The translations under genes and the position numbers were made by a program. From the NCBI GenBank assembly GCA_012295275.1, contig CM022666.1, positions 12,524,001-12,588,000 on the forward strand: 64,000 nt of DNA, in the 5' to 3' direction. The notes beneath the pieces are model-generated. The model searched no databases and had not been told where the DNA came from. It saw nothing but the letters and a program-made list of their open reading frames with translations. This stretch comes from Chrysomallon squamiferum. Lineage: Eukaryota; Animalia; Mollusca. Below are positions 15,801-28,712 of the stretch, in pieces (positions within the stretch are counted from its first letter, which is position 1; each line of letters starts with the position of its first letter).

Positions 15801-16623
15801 CTGTTTTCTTAACTAATTCCTCATCACCTAGGTGATACAAACCAATTTAATCTCACCTGAGAGTGAAGAAAAATGTCAAGGATCACTTTTGAGATAAAAA
15901 GATGATAATTTGCCTACTTGATACCAGCAGTACACACAGAGGTTACAGTTCTTGACTAGACTGATACTACAGATTCCTAACCCAGCCCTTAGTAAATTCT
16001 AAAAGCAGTTATACAAAGTATCAGATTACAGTATGCTGCACTTCACATCGGTATATTCAAACAAGTTACACCCCAGAATTCACTGCCAGTATGTTTCAAT
16101 AATACTGGTTTAGTAAGAAACGACCAATTTATTAATTCTAAATTATCATACCTCAACACAAATTTGTGCAAACAGTCTTAATACCAGGCCCTAATCAAAG
16201 AAACCATAATTTTATATAAATCTTAAAAGTTCCATATGTACTGAGCAATATTATTCAGATAATACTTTCATGTACTGTAATGAAATAACCTTGCTCATAC
16301 CTTTCCACTCTCATAGGCAGCCAAAACAGAACATATAAAATATCTATTCATATAATTTTACATGAATAAATCCTTCAAGCTTTTGTGCTAAATTAAGACA
16401 GCTGATAATAAACATATTTTTTATTTTTTGTAAATGGAAAATATTTATGATCACCAAATAAAAACACTCAAGACACACTTGTGTATCAATTTCATATTCT
16501 GTACGCACTTCACTTTGAGACAGAATTTTGCATAAGCACGTAACAGCCTCCAACACACAATGTAAATTATAATATTCCTGAATAAAACTGTCATTTTTTT
16601 GAATTTTGAATTATATATGTATT

Positions 16624-16664
<41 letters not shown>

Positions 16665-19600
16665 TTATATTACTGAAATACCAAGTCACCTATATATAAA
16701 CAAGTGCACATCAGCATCTAATATACTGGATCTGTTAGTTCTATATAAACAGTTATTTTATAACCATCTGACCTCAATACAAAGACAGAAATACAAGTAA
16801 GTTACTGGTAATCTTTGATCAATAACATACTGGTAAAATACTGTTGGTGAATGTCATGACCTGTTTTATAGACATAGAAATCTTTTTGTTTAGATTTAAT
16901 AAAAAGCTGAAATGCTCAGTTTATAGTTGTCAATTCCTTGTTTATTAGAACACTATTAACATGAATTTTAGTTTTAAAACCATTTCTAGCTTCTTTTTTT
17001 TCAAGTTTTTTTCCTGACAATACATAGATAATAAAATAAACATGTAAATAACAAAAGAAAGTTGTATTTAATGTTCTGACAGTGGCCATTCCAGTGGTTC
17101 AATTTTATCTGTAAATGATTATGTGTTAAAAACAAAAGTACTGCAGATGTGTATGTGTATTGTACATATTTTACAACTCATAGGTAGTATCTGTTTAAAT
17201 TAAAGTAACAAACTATACAAAAGAAACTTGAAATAAGAGCTGGTACAGGATATGCTGTATCACATACACAAAGTGCTGTGTTACCTGATTCAGGTGTTCT
17301 ATATAGGACACATTCATTCAGGTTTCTTTCATGTCACTCTCCATTCATAACATTAAAAATTACTGTAGGTTATTTCCCACAGAATTCTTAATGTTATTAG
17401 AAGTGAAATGTAGAAACCAAGAATGGATTTTCCTTACAAGATATGTGAAAAAAGGAAAAAGGACCAAAAAAAAAAAAGAAGAAAGGAAGAAAAACAGGAC
17501 AGATTTTGTTGTCGAAGAAGAATAAAAAATACCAATTGTTTGAAACAATAAACTACATTAATAATATACAGTATGAACCTGTACATACCATGGCATGTAC
17601 ATTTGTGCATCTGAAACACTGAAACTGAATTAGATTTATCTAATGTGAGCAGTAAGTGTTTATATGTGTATATAGTATACACAATGACATTTAATCATTT
17701 TTGCTAAATATGCATCTCCAAAAAAACCCAATATTATACATTCTTCTGATATTCTACACAGTATAGAGGAAATGATATTTATAATTACCTCCATAGTTAC
17801 CATTGTTACTAGAATTTCACCCTTTATAACACCATGCAAAGTCCAATAGACATGTATGTATAGATCTATGAACTAAATCACTATTATGATAAACAAACTG
17901 TGTCACTGAGATATACAGTCATTCGATTCTATATGCAGGCTGTAAAGCACTGAAACCAATCCCCTTTTCTTACAGTACTGTTTTCAACATGTTTATGAAA
18001 CAAATAAAAATTATAAATATGTAAATGATTAACTTTTTCTCTAATTAAAAAATGTTAAGTATAGATAAACATCAGTTGTTATGGTTTAAAATTAAACAAA
18101 AACGAACAAATTTATATGGATTTGTGTAAAAACAAATGAATCGGTTAACTTCAAAAGCAGCTGTGTGTGTGTTTTCACTAAAGTACAGTACACGACCTTG
18201 ATCATTTAAATACTGTTTGTACAAGGTGCACTGCTTCTGACGCAATTATTTAAAGTGTTTTGAGAGCTGACAAGTCAGTGTATTTTGTTTTGCCTCTTTA
18301 CTTTGATATGTTATAAACAGAATTAAAAGTACATAACAGAATATTTTACCTGAATTAATTTCTGTTAGTTACAGAGTAATTATTTTTCATGTTACTTGAA
18401 TAATGGCATGTCTACTGCCAGTTATTTTCCCATTACTTAGAATTATTGTTCACAATATATTAAAGGTGGCAGAAAGCTCAGTCCATGGTCTATAATCTAT
18501 TATGAGACTAATTTTTTTTTGGAAACATTTTATTTCTGGGGACACTATTTTATTTTATTATTACTTTATTATTTTAAATTTTATGTTTTTATAAGTATCC
18601 ATCTGCTCAAAATTAGCATATCTGAATCACAAACTTGTATCAGTAGTTCTTCTCTTAATGTGATTTGTAGTATCAGCAGGAAGGACAGATCAGAGTAATA
18701 GCTTATGCAAGTCAAAGATTCCAAAACAATGCAACTATCCTTAGAATTCTTAGCTCTGAAGTGGGCACTAATTGAAAATTTAACAATTATTTATAAGACC
18801 ATACTTGTTACTGTACACTATTAATAAGCCCATAAATTGTGTTCCAGGGACCTGAAAGCTCTGTGCTGTTGAACATAGATGCCTTTAATCACTGATCTTA
18901 CAGTTTTAGCATTATATAGATGTGTTGTAAGACATTCATTACAGTTAGGCAAAAATCAACATCCCATACCTCACTGTCTTGATACAAAGGACTTGAGCAT
19001 TTAAAACAGCAGGGTAAAATGTTACAAGTTCTTCTAAATCAGTTTTGACTCACAACATTTAGAAACTGTGTTGTTGGCCACATGGGTTGAGAAAGAATAC
19101 TGGTCCTCCTAAAGGAGTGGTTGTTCTTGCCTAGAGTGAATAAGTTAAGTGCTTAGGGAAAGTATTAGTGTCAACACTGAGTCTTTGTGATAACAAAATA
19201 AAATTGTTTTGTTTACAGAATAAATCATCAAGGTATTCAACTTTTCTGTTTGACTTGTTATGTTATGTTGTAACTTTGTACCCACCTAGGTCATAATGTT
19301 GACAAGATAACCTATAACAATCACTTTGATAGAATAACAATCATGTATGTAATGGCAATATCATGTTTACATTCTAATATTAATTAAGTAATTTAACCTA
19401 GGCTCAATTTCTGTGATGCACAAATCATGTGCTGGCATGCTCCCCTTGCATTTGATGTATTACTTGATGCATTGCAAATGAAAGTTTACCTAAATAAATT
19501 TCAGTGGATACTAATATTTTCATTTTCTCTGACAATCTTGTATAACAAATTTTGCTGAATATTGTATCAGTGTGGATATGCGTGTTTACTTGTATATAAA

Positions 19601-22600
19601 ATAAATGTTTTACTTTATTCACTAACTATGCAAGTATACCATCTACCACTAGATTTGTACAGGAATGTTAGACAGCTCTGTATACAGCTCAGGTAACCTG
19701 ACTTCGTTGATGGTTAATAACTATTCCAATACACTGATTGGCAAGTTGTTTGCCAGTGAATGTCAAATTTTTAGTGTTTTTTATCTTGCGCGCAAAAATA
19801 TTTATCTTACCACAACAGCAATAAAAAGTTGCCTGGTTACATTTCAGTTATATATTGTTCAGGTTGTTTGTTTCAAATACAAATGTATAATAAAATAAAA
19901 ACATTAAAATAAAAACTAAAAATTAAAAACAATAAATAAATAAAATAATAATTAAAAAACCAATTAATAATGGCTTCCTGCAATGAATTAAGGTCAAAAT
20001 AGCATACCTCTATCACTCCAGAATTGTTCTCATGAGAAGTGCATACGTAATTAATTCCATATTTTTATTTCCACAATATTTTAAGCATATTTACATAAAT
20101 GCATTTCATGACAGATGTGTGAAACAGTGCTTGTAAAAAAACATTTGATCACTTCTCATAAACAACTATAAAAAAAACAACCGTAAAGATCAAATTGCAC
20201 TAATACTATGTTTATAGAATTTTAAAATGCTATTTATTCACATCAATAATTAAAATTTTAAAAATATATATTTTAAAAGCTCTGTGATCTTTCATTTCAT
20301 CGTTAAAAAAATAACAATAAAACACGTAAAACCATTCACAGGAAACCAGCACTACTATAAAAATAAAAATAGTTTGGTGGTAATAATCTGATTTCAGCAT
20401 TTTTTTTGTTGTTGCATTTTGTTCAAGAGTAAACTATTTTAAGCTAGGAAGATTCAAACTGCTGTCAGGCTCCTAGAAACAGATCTATTTTTAGAAATGA
20501 ATGGGAGTCCTTGAAGCATGTTAAAACAAGTGTCTTCAGAAAAGAATCAATGTAAAATGTATTGTAACTAAATTAATAATTATTACATATCAAACATTTA
20601 TGTACAAGTAAACATACCTTTCCATTTTGAAATTATACAATTTTCTAAAAACTTGTCAGATTATTAGAAAAGAAAATGTACTGATTATACATAGTCTATA
20701 AACTAGTATAAATTAACTTTTAGTCACAAAGAAAATATATTTTATAAAAGAAATTGCAAAAAAGGTACATATTGTAGATTTAAATGCAAGATTTATTCCA
20801 ATAATGTAGTTTACTTCAATAAAACAATTCTTTACAAACATTTCAGATTTTATAATCTATAAATATCTTAAAGGTCTTATGTTCTATATATAAAAATCAA
20901 CTCATGTCATCTAGGTTCTTTTAGCATTGTTCACTGTAACTGTACAAACACGTAACACTGTATACACACAGCAAGTAATAGACTTGTCTGTATTTAATAA
21001 GCACTATTTGTCCTTGTGTGTGGTTTTAACACTGTAAGCAACAACTTTCTAACCTTGAACAGTCACCTCTGGAGCAATTCTGAGGAATTCAGCAAAGCTA
21101 TTAATATTAGTTTTCTCTTCCCACGTATCTGTCTACACATTTGTTAAGTTTATATAGTGGTCTATGGATAAATGGTGTAAGCAGATGTGTACATTTTTTA
21201 TTTATCAAGTGCTAATCATAAAAGTGTTTAAAGGAGTCATGTGTATAGATATGAACATGCATATGCATACATTATAATGTATACATCTATGAAAAATGTA
21301 TTCTTTGTTAAAACAAATCTATTTATACTGGTGTTAAAGTGAAGTTTACAGAGAATATAAAAACTAAATTTATCAATATCAATACAAAAACATTGAAATA
21401 TGTATAACATACATCTAAAAACTTTAAATGTTAGTTTTTCTTACAGTTAAATAATATTCATTGTAAGATACAAACTAATATAATGTAGAAATCTATATGA
21501 TCTTTTCTCCATGACATAAAAATGTCCATTTAGGTATCAAAAACATTGTTCTATTTAATCTCTGCTATACATTAAAGGATCCAACTAAATTCAGATTCAC
21601 AACAAATTCATGAAATTTAACGCATATTTCATTATCAACAAACCAGTTACAGATTAATATGTTTGTAGGATAAATATATGTGGAAAGCCAGTGCTATACC
21701 TCAAATATGTACCGTGACAATTTCCTTCTGTAGTAAATTTTTAAACTGTATAATACAGTATAATCTTCAGCTTAAGACATGTTTATGCCTTTTAGTACAT
21801 CCGTAACAAACCTGAGCTGTAAGTACCCTTTGGTTAGATAACAAACTGACACTTCAGATCATTATCTAATGGGTGTATCTGCTAAGAAAACAACACCTTT
21901 GTAATATTTACTTATTGTGTTGTATACAAATAAATAAATACCTGTGATAACAAGTGTACCCTTATTAACTTCCATTTATAAAGGATACTTGTTAGGTAAA
22001 AACTATTTGTAATTTAGATAAATATCACAAAAACAGTATCTTTCAATCACCTTTTAAACATCTTTAATGTGAGATAAGCTTTTTATATTTAAACAATTTC
22101 AAATTGATATAAATACAGTGTCATTAATGAGTAATTAACTTATGAATAAATGTGAAAATTATCAATTATTATCATCAGTATGTCCGTTAAGTTTGTACAA
22201 GTTTCATTTTAACAATTACTCATTTAAAATTTCAACATATCCTTTGATATCATTTTACACACACACACACTACATATTTATCAATATATTTAAATTTTTA
22301 ATTTTATCCATAACAAATGCAAAAACTAAACCTGCATTAAATATTCTTACTTTATACAAATTTACAAATAGATAATTTTTTTTATTATTATTATTTTATA
22401 TATAATACTAATTTTTTTAATAAGTAGAATATAATTTGTTTCAATTCTAACCAAAAGATCAACAAACTGAATATATATATTTTTTAAAACTACATGTTAA
22501 ATATTTTCAATAATATATAAAGAACCATATAAAAAATAGGTATCTTGATAATTCAGCGGTATGTGTTCACAAAAATGATGATGTGCCTCCCTTTTCTTAA

Positions 22601-23791
22601 ATTCTGCATTTGCCATTTATCATGTTCATACTAAACTGTTGTATCCTTTTTATATCAGCATAAAATTTTTAAAAAAACAGAAAAAAATTTAATATTTCTT
22701 AAAAGACATTTCTATCACATAACCTTGTTGAGAAACTGCTTCTGTAAGACGACTAATAGCAATCAGCAGCAGTCTAAGCAAGAGTCAAGGTTGTCACCTG
22801 GTGGAATCTAAAGTAATCCAACATGTACCAGATGTTTCTTTTCAATGGAAGATCTGCTGACTCAAGTTGACAGGTCAAACTTGTGCCGCCAACATTAACA
22901 TATCTAAATATACATCCAGTAATACTGCATGGAAAGCTAGAAAATATTTTAAAAAACTAATTTCATCCAATTTAACTACCCTGAAACCTAAAAATATTAA
23001 CAATAACTGCTAATTTAAGCAAATCCAATGATTCTTTTATTGTATTTTAATTTCTTAACAATAATTATGCCGATGCTACACTTAAATAACATCTCAAAAG
23101 TTTTTGGTACAGTTATTAATTATTGTATATGTATATTGAGAAACACCTATTTAATTTTTAAATTTATTTATTTTTTTAATTATTTATTTGTTATTATTTA
23201 AAACACTGAAATGTCGCCGAATGGAATTGAGTCAGTGTAGATATTGCCATTTCCAAATTTTCACTGCAATAAATTCAACAAATCAGAAAAATCACTTAAC
23301 AATTCCTATGAATAGTCAGTAATTGAATAGAGTAATCTATTACTAAAATATATGGGGGGGGGCAATCGCGGTTATCATGGGTATGTCCAATTTTAAAATG
23401 AAAGATGTCCAAAATAACTCCTTAACAGCGTGCACGTATTAAAGTAAAATGGTAACATGAAATGAACATTCGTTTCTGTAAGAAATATATGCATCATGCT
23501 AACAAGTAGTTTCATGCTTGTGACACCTAATACACACGATGTACGCGTACAGCACGAAGTACTACACACGACCTCGAACAATCCTTACACGGTCACAAGA
23601 AGGATGCAAGTCTGGTGCGAACCAACTAAAGCTTGTTTTATAATTTTCAAAAAGAACTCATAAAATATTATAAAACGAGTGTTTATACCATGAATGCATG
23701 TATTTGGGGGCTTAATGTAAACACATTTTTAAAATTCTTAGTTCAAAGTAAATGCTATAGTAACAAATTCATACACACCTCTATCTCCCAT
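1..23791 (-). CDS. GYG1: Glycogenin (GT8 self-glucosylating glycogen primer), multi-exon, 3' end beyond the window
   Basis: Phase-consistent GT-AG exons: 23791-23779 (MGDR, least certain), 14893-14752 ([15 protein letters not shown]), 13957-13783 ([23 protein letters not shown]), 9744-9582 ([20 protein letters not shown]), 9126-9000 ([16 protein letters not shown], acceptor Tyr), 8296-8116 ([10 protein letters not shown]), optional 3735-3070, and 230-<1 ([22 protein letters not shown], glycogen synthase-binding motif). Confidence 0.96.
3070..3735 (-). CDS. GYG1: Putative cassette exon of glycogenin (222 aa, acidic/P/S/T-rich linker extension)
   Basis: 666-nt stop-free frame with acceptor ttgcag|ATG and donor ATG|gtaagt. 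It is phase 0-0, matching the flanking exons, so it can be included or skipped in frame. Confidence 0.8.
7480..7680 (-). mobile_element. Degraded RTE-like LINE 3' fragment
   Basis: Minus strand reads LCWFGKV, resembling the LRWFGHV motif of RTE ORF2 C-termini. Locally GC-richer and heavily mutated. Confidence 0.3.
18670..19140 (+). mobile_element. Degraded Ty3/Gypsy pol fragment (RNase H and integrase Zn-binding region)
   Basis: Fragments translate as [19 protein letters not shown] and [18 protein letters not shown], typical Gypsy RNase H and integrase N-terminal motifs, interrupted by stops and frameshifts. Confidence 0.75.
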
Positions 23792-24010
23792 CCCGATTTC
23801 GTACTGACATCCAAGTTCCAATACGGAAGTATGCCTATGCGCAACTGCGAATCTATTTTTAGTCACGTGCCGCAAAACTGGCGTTACATCGCGCACTGAG
23901 GTTTATGAAGTAAACAATTCCACGTGCTTTTTCAACGAGAACTGTAAGATTGGTGTATACAAGAACTGTACAACGATACTGATATCTGTCCTTTTCGCTA
24001 CCGATCAGAA
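23530..24010. promoter_or_regulatory. CpG-rich promoter region of glycogenin
   Basis: CpG-dense island in a CpG-poor background next to exon 1. Motifs: ETS-like CGGAAGT 23824-23830, E-boxes GTCACGTG 23862-23869 and CACGTG 23921-23926, forkhead-like GTAAACA 23910-23916. Confidence 0.6.
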
Positions 24011-24199
24011 GCAAAATAGTGAATTGATCAGATAGATAGATAAATATTTGGTAATTTAAAAAGGTTCATTCAGATTGTGAAATGTATGTTTTCTTCTGAA
24101 ACAGATTAAATAAATCATATGAACCGTAAGGTTAATGACCACATTATATAAATATTGGGGAAAAAAGTTCTTATTCTACGTGTTTAATACATTTGTGTG

Positions 24200-25600
24200 A
24201 CTGTCAGCATAATAAACAGGAAAATGACTGAAATTTATACTGGTATGATTCTGTTAAATCTACACCATAGAGCGGTTTAAACAAAATTCCATATATTGGT
24301 TTGATTCATATTTATCTTGTAGAAAACAGGACACTGGTGTCAGTAGTATACAGTTAGATATAAAAGGTTTTTGTATGGAGTTCCTAAAAGTTCCATCCTT
24401 AGGCCTCTTCTGTTTCTGATGCATGTGAATGTCAGTCAAGTGTAAGACCCTGTATGCACAGCACATGGCTTTGTTGATGTCTGGAAATAATGTATCTGAG
24501 ATCGAGGAGACCCAAGTTTGGAAGTTGACCCAGTTAGTGAATGGTAAACAGACAATAAATTATCATCCATCTTATTTGAACATAAAATAGGATTGCAAAA
24601 ATGCAATTCTTTAAATGTTGTATGAAATGGAAATGTCACTGAATCAAAGCAAGTGATATATATCTGAAAGTGATTTTAGATCAGTCACTTGTAGCATCTA
24701 AGGTGATTTTAAAAGCTGTAGTAATAAACAAGTTTATTTTATAGAGAAACAAGGAAATTTAACCTTAAAACCAAAAAACTTTTAGTCTTGGCTTTTGTTC
24801 AGTGTCATTTTCACTGATTGTTCAGCCTGGTATTGTGGTTTTTCAAAACAGTTGATGGGCAGATTACAAGTTTTTAATTCTGCTATTTATGGAGTACACA
24901 GTCTAACAATTTAAATTAGGACGTGAACAGTATCATCAATGGTAATGCAACTGACTATGAAAAGTCAAACAAATTACACAGTGATATACAGTACAAGCTA
25001 GAGTGATTTATGTTGCAAGATTTATTTTCTAGCCTTTTTTTTATAAATGCAGAAATTATGTAATTGAATGTTGTTCCACTATCAGTTAAACACTGGGCAA
25101 ATAAAAGTTGTTTTAAATCAGAGTTAAAAAAAATTTTGCACACCAGATCAGGTATACATACTCAAAATAATTATGTTTCAAATATATTAATGTATAAATC
25201 ACTTTTATTTTATACTTTAATTAAGTTGTAATCCAGTTCTTGTCCAACTTAGTTAATATAGTCTGTGATAGTTTTTATCTGTTATTTGTTTGGTAAGTTT
25301 GCTAGTCATTTATTAAATTATTGTTTAACTATGTTTTTTAATAACACTGTGTGTGTGTGGGTGTGTGTGTTTAGGAATTTTATTATCTACCATATTTTTT
25401 TTTTTTTTTTGTATTATTTTTAATGAAATTATTCATCTATTATGTATTAAAATTATTATTTAGGAACATGAATTGTTGATTACTAAAATAATTATATTTA
25501 CATGTTTTGCCTCACTTTTTTTTTTTTTCATTTAAGAGGATCAAATTGAAAATAAGTGTATGATGATGTGCTTTTATGTATTATCCTCAGTGATGTTATA
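24200..25600 (+). mobile_element. Degraded CR1/L2-type LINE (RT domain to 3' end)
   Basis: WFDSYLSCRKQ and YGVPKSSILRPLLFLMHVN (cf. GVPQGSILGPLLF) at about 24297-24430, and DNKLS at about 24555. A CR1-like 3' end (gaggatcaaattgaaaataag...tatcctc) lies at about 25516-25590. Confidence 0.7.
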
Positions 25601-26949
25601 TATACATATGACATATTAATTGTTATTTATTTATCATATAAAAAATTGTCATGTGCATTGTTTTATCAATTTACTTGAATTAAAAAGAGATGTATGGTTA
25701 CTGTCCCATTTGTTTCACCCTAGTTACTTATTAACTCTGTTAGGCAGGCAACTTAGTTTTAACCTAGAGTGGTTAACTGATTGTCAAGACAAATTTGTAT
25801 AATAATATTGATATTAATAATCATAGCTGTAGTAGTAACAAAAGCAGTAACAGTAGTAGTAGTAGTAGTAGCAGTATTAATAATAATGACATATATCTGA
25901 TTTCCATAGTATTTTAAATGTAATTTTTATCTTTACTTTTCATTGTTTTATATTTTAAGTGTATATTAAATCCAGAAATGCTGGTTACCTCCAAGTCAGT
26001 ACCTGAAATAATAATAATAATAATAACAACAACAACAAACAAGGAAGAAGCCCAAAAATTATTTCAGCTAAATCTGGATGGAAAATCTGATAAGAGCCCC
26101 CTGGTTTATGCAAATATAAACAAAAACTGCTTTTTATTTTTTAATTCATTAAATATTAAACAGCTGGGGGTTGAGATATGTGTTGCAATTTTCATTGACA
26201 CGTAAGTATGTAAAGCAGATAGTGATATCACGTCATGGGGAATTACATCAGATGTCAAATATTGACATAACTAATAATATTAAATAGTACTAACATACGT
26301 CTTAAAATAACATACAGTATCCTGCATAGGTAACTTCATCTGCATTGTTTCTTCTTCATTTATTTTTAGAACCTTGATTAGATTATTCTCTTTTTTTTTA
26401 ATTGTAAAGCTAATTTATTATATATATATATATATATTTGTCTATGGCAAAATTGGGACAGGTTTTTTAGTTTTGTTTGTAGATTTCTTTTTCACACCAT
26501 TTCCATGCACGTGAATGTAAAGTATGAATAACTTTATATCATTTTTCACTTTCATTATTATCTTTTTTAAAATTTTATTTACATATTTTAATATTTATTG
26601 TTTGTTTGTTACTTTATTTCTTTATTTCTTTATTATTATTAATTAATTAATTTATTTATTTACTTATTTATTTTATTATTATTATTTTATTATTATTATT
26701 TTTTTTTATTATTATTATTATTTTTTTTTTTTTTTTTTTTTTGAATGAGCTATTTAAGCTTTCTAGTCGGACCAAAGTTAAGAAATCTGGTTATTATTTC
26801 TTTTAATTCATGATTTCAGTGGTGGAGTTTAAATAGAAAAATACAAATTAATTATCTTGTCTTTCATTTCCATGTTAAAATATTTAATCAGAACAAACAA
26901 TATGTATATTATACTATATACGTATCGTACAAAAGTAATACGGTCATCA

Positions 26950-27070
26950 TTTACTATTTTCCCTTCGGCAATTTCCGTACTGAGCAGGCGCACTCGTTAG
27001 GGTTATCATGTAATGTTGGCGAGTTTCATTTTTGCGATATAGTGTGACAGTTTGTACCATAAATAGGTAG
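26950..27070 (+). promoter_or_regulatory. CpG-rich promoter / non-coding first exon of CCDC160
   Basis: Local CpG cluster, donor-like atag|gtagga at 27066, and an acceptor (ttattaag) just upstream of the ATG at 27435. Confidence 0.45.
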
Positions 27071-27434
27071 GAAATTGCAATTTTTATCCGTACTTATCAA
27101 CAGCATTTAAAAGCATTTGACAGATATTGATCAAGATATACATTTTATTTGTTTGCTTTAAGAAAGGCTAAGCGATTTGTAACATTTATAAATGACAAAT
27201 ACACACTTTTTAACCAACTTTACCGTACCGTAATTTACTAATGAAGTTTAACTTGTATCCATAATTTTAGTATTGTTTACTGTTACATTAATATCAAATT
27301 AAGGCCTGCAGCTGATAATGATTATGATTCAGATTTCTTAATTTGTTTAATTTTATTTTATTTATTATTTAATTCTTAACAACCAAAAATGTATGTCACC
27401 AATGTGTACATAATTATGTGTTTTTATTTAAGAA

Positions 27435-28712
27435 ATGAGTAATAACAACGCTGGCAAATGGATAGGAGAATTATTCCAACCATCTTTCAGTTTCACTGTC
27501 GAAGATATTCTAGCAGGAAAGGCAGAAGATGTGCAAATCAAAAGTAAAATTAAAGTGGCTCGGGCATTTGATCCAGAAGCCATACATGAGATGTATGAAA
27601 AGGTACGGATAATGACAGCTCTAGATGAAGAAATGAAGAAACAAAAATCCCTGAAAGAAACACAGAATACAGGAATTGGTATGTTAGCAAACATCTGTTT
27701 TGTGCGTGTGTGTGTGTGTGTGTATTTGTTTACAAGACCTTGAATTTTACAGAGAAATGTTTGAAATATGTTATTAGACAAAATTACTGCCAACAATTAC
27801 TATTTTTGTTTTTTAATTGATTATTTCATTTAATAACAATTGCAAACATACGTTTGTAACAAGTTATATCAGTTATTTTCTTCATATCCTGTTAATAGAA
27901 ACAATATGTAAAGTATTTTTAAGATAATGATTGTAGATCAAAATTAAAAATTGTCTGTAATTTTATTAGTAAATTTTAATTCTTAATATTTTGTTTAAGG
28001 CAAAATAGATGGAATATCTGAATCTGAAGAAATCACAGATGAACCCATTAATCTTCAAGATTCCTGTATTTGGGATGAAGAGGAGATAAATATCCTTAGA
28101 AAAGTTTTTAAAACTGCAAAATACCAAATTAAGGATCTCGAAGTTCAGCTGAGAGAGACAACAAAATTAAACAAAAGTTTAGAGAAAAATATTGCTGAAA
28201 AAACAAGAGCATTAGAAGAAGCCAATGCAAATTTATCTGAGGCAAGAAAGGCAAATACACGCCTGAATATTCATTGTGAAAGTTTAAAAGATCAACTGTC
28301 TTTGACATCTTCAAAATTAACTGCTGTTACAGAAATGTGGAAAGAGATCTCGGAGAAAAATACTGCTCTGCAAAAAGAGACTCATGAATGTCGAATAAAA
28401 GCAGACAAAGAACGTTTGTTGCAGGAACAACTGCAACTCAAAGTTCAAGAAACTAGCGAGGAGATTATCAGAGAGAAACATCTTGCTCAGGAAAACGCTA
28501 GGAATCGTTACGAAAAAGAAATTTTTGATTTGCAGATGGAACTAAAAAATGTTAGAGAGGAATTGAACAAAGAGAAACAAACTCATGGTATAACAAAAAA
28601 AGCTCTGAACAATTTAAGACAACATTTTGCTAGTCTGCCACTGCAGGATGTCATGCCACCAAATGCTGTTATGGAGGATCAGGTTAAAGAAATAAACTTT
28701 TTGGAACCTTGA
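27435..28712 (+). CDS. CCDC160: Coiled-coil domain-containing protein 160-like (318 aa)
   Basis: Exons 27435-27678 and 28000-28712 with a phase-1 GT-AG intron give an intact frame. N-terminal KWIGELFQPSFSFTVEDIL and C-terminal ELKNVREELNKEKQTHGITKKALNNLRQHFAS resemble the CCDC160 termini as I recall them, with a long coiled coil between. Confidence 0.8.

Noticed and set aside
20558-20565. aaaATGGAAAG|gtatgt as an alternative first coding exon of glycogenin
   Set aside because: It is phase 2, whereas exon 2 needs phase 1, and no alternative acceptor restores the frame.
22724-22890. GC-richer block with a donor-like site in glycogenin intron 1
   Set aside because: The compatible frame has a stop and no ATG, so it cannot be supported as a coding exon.
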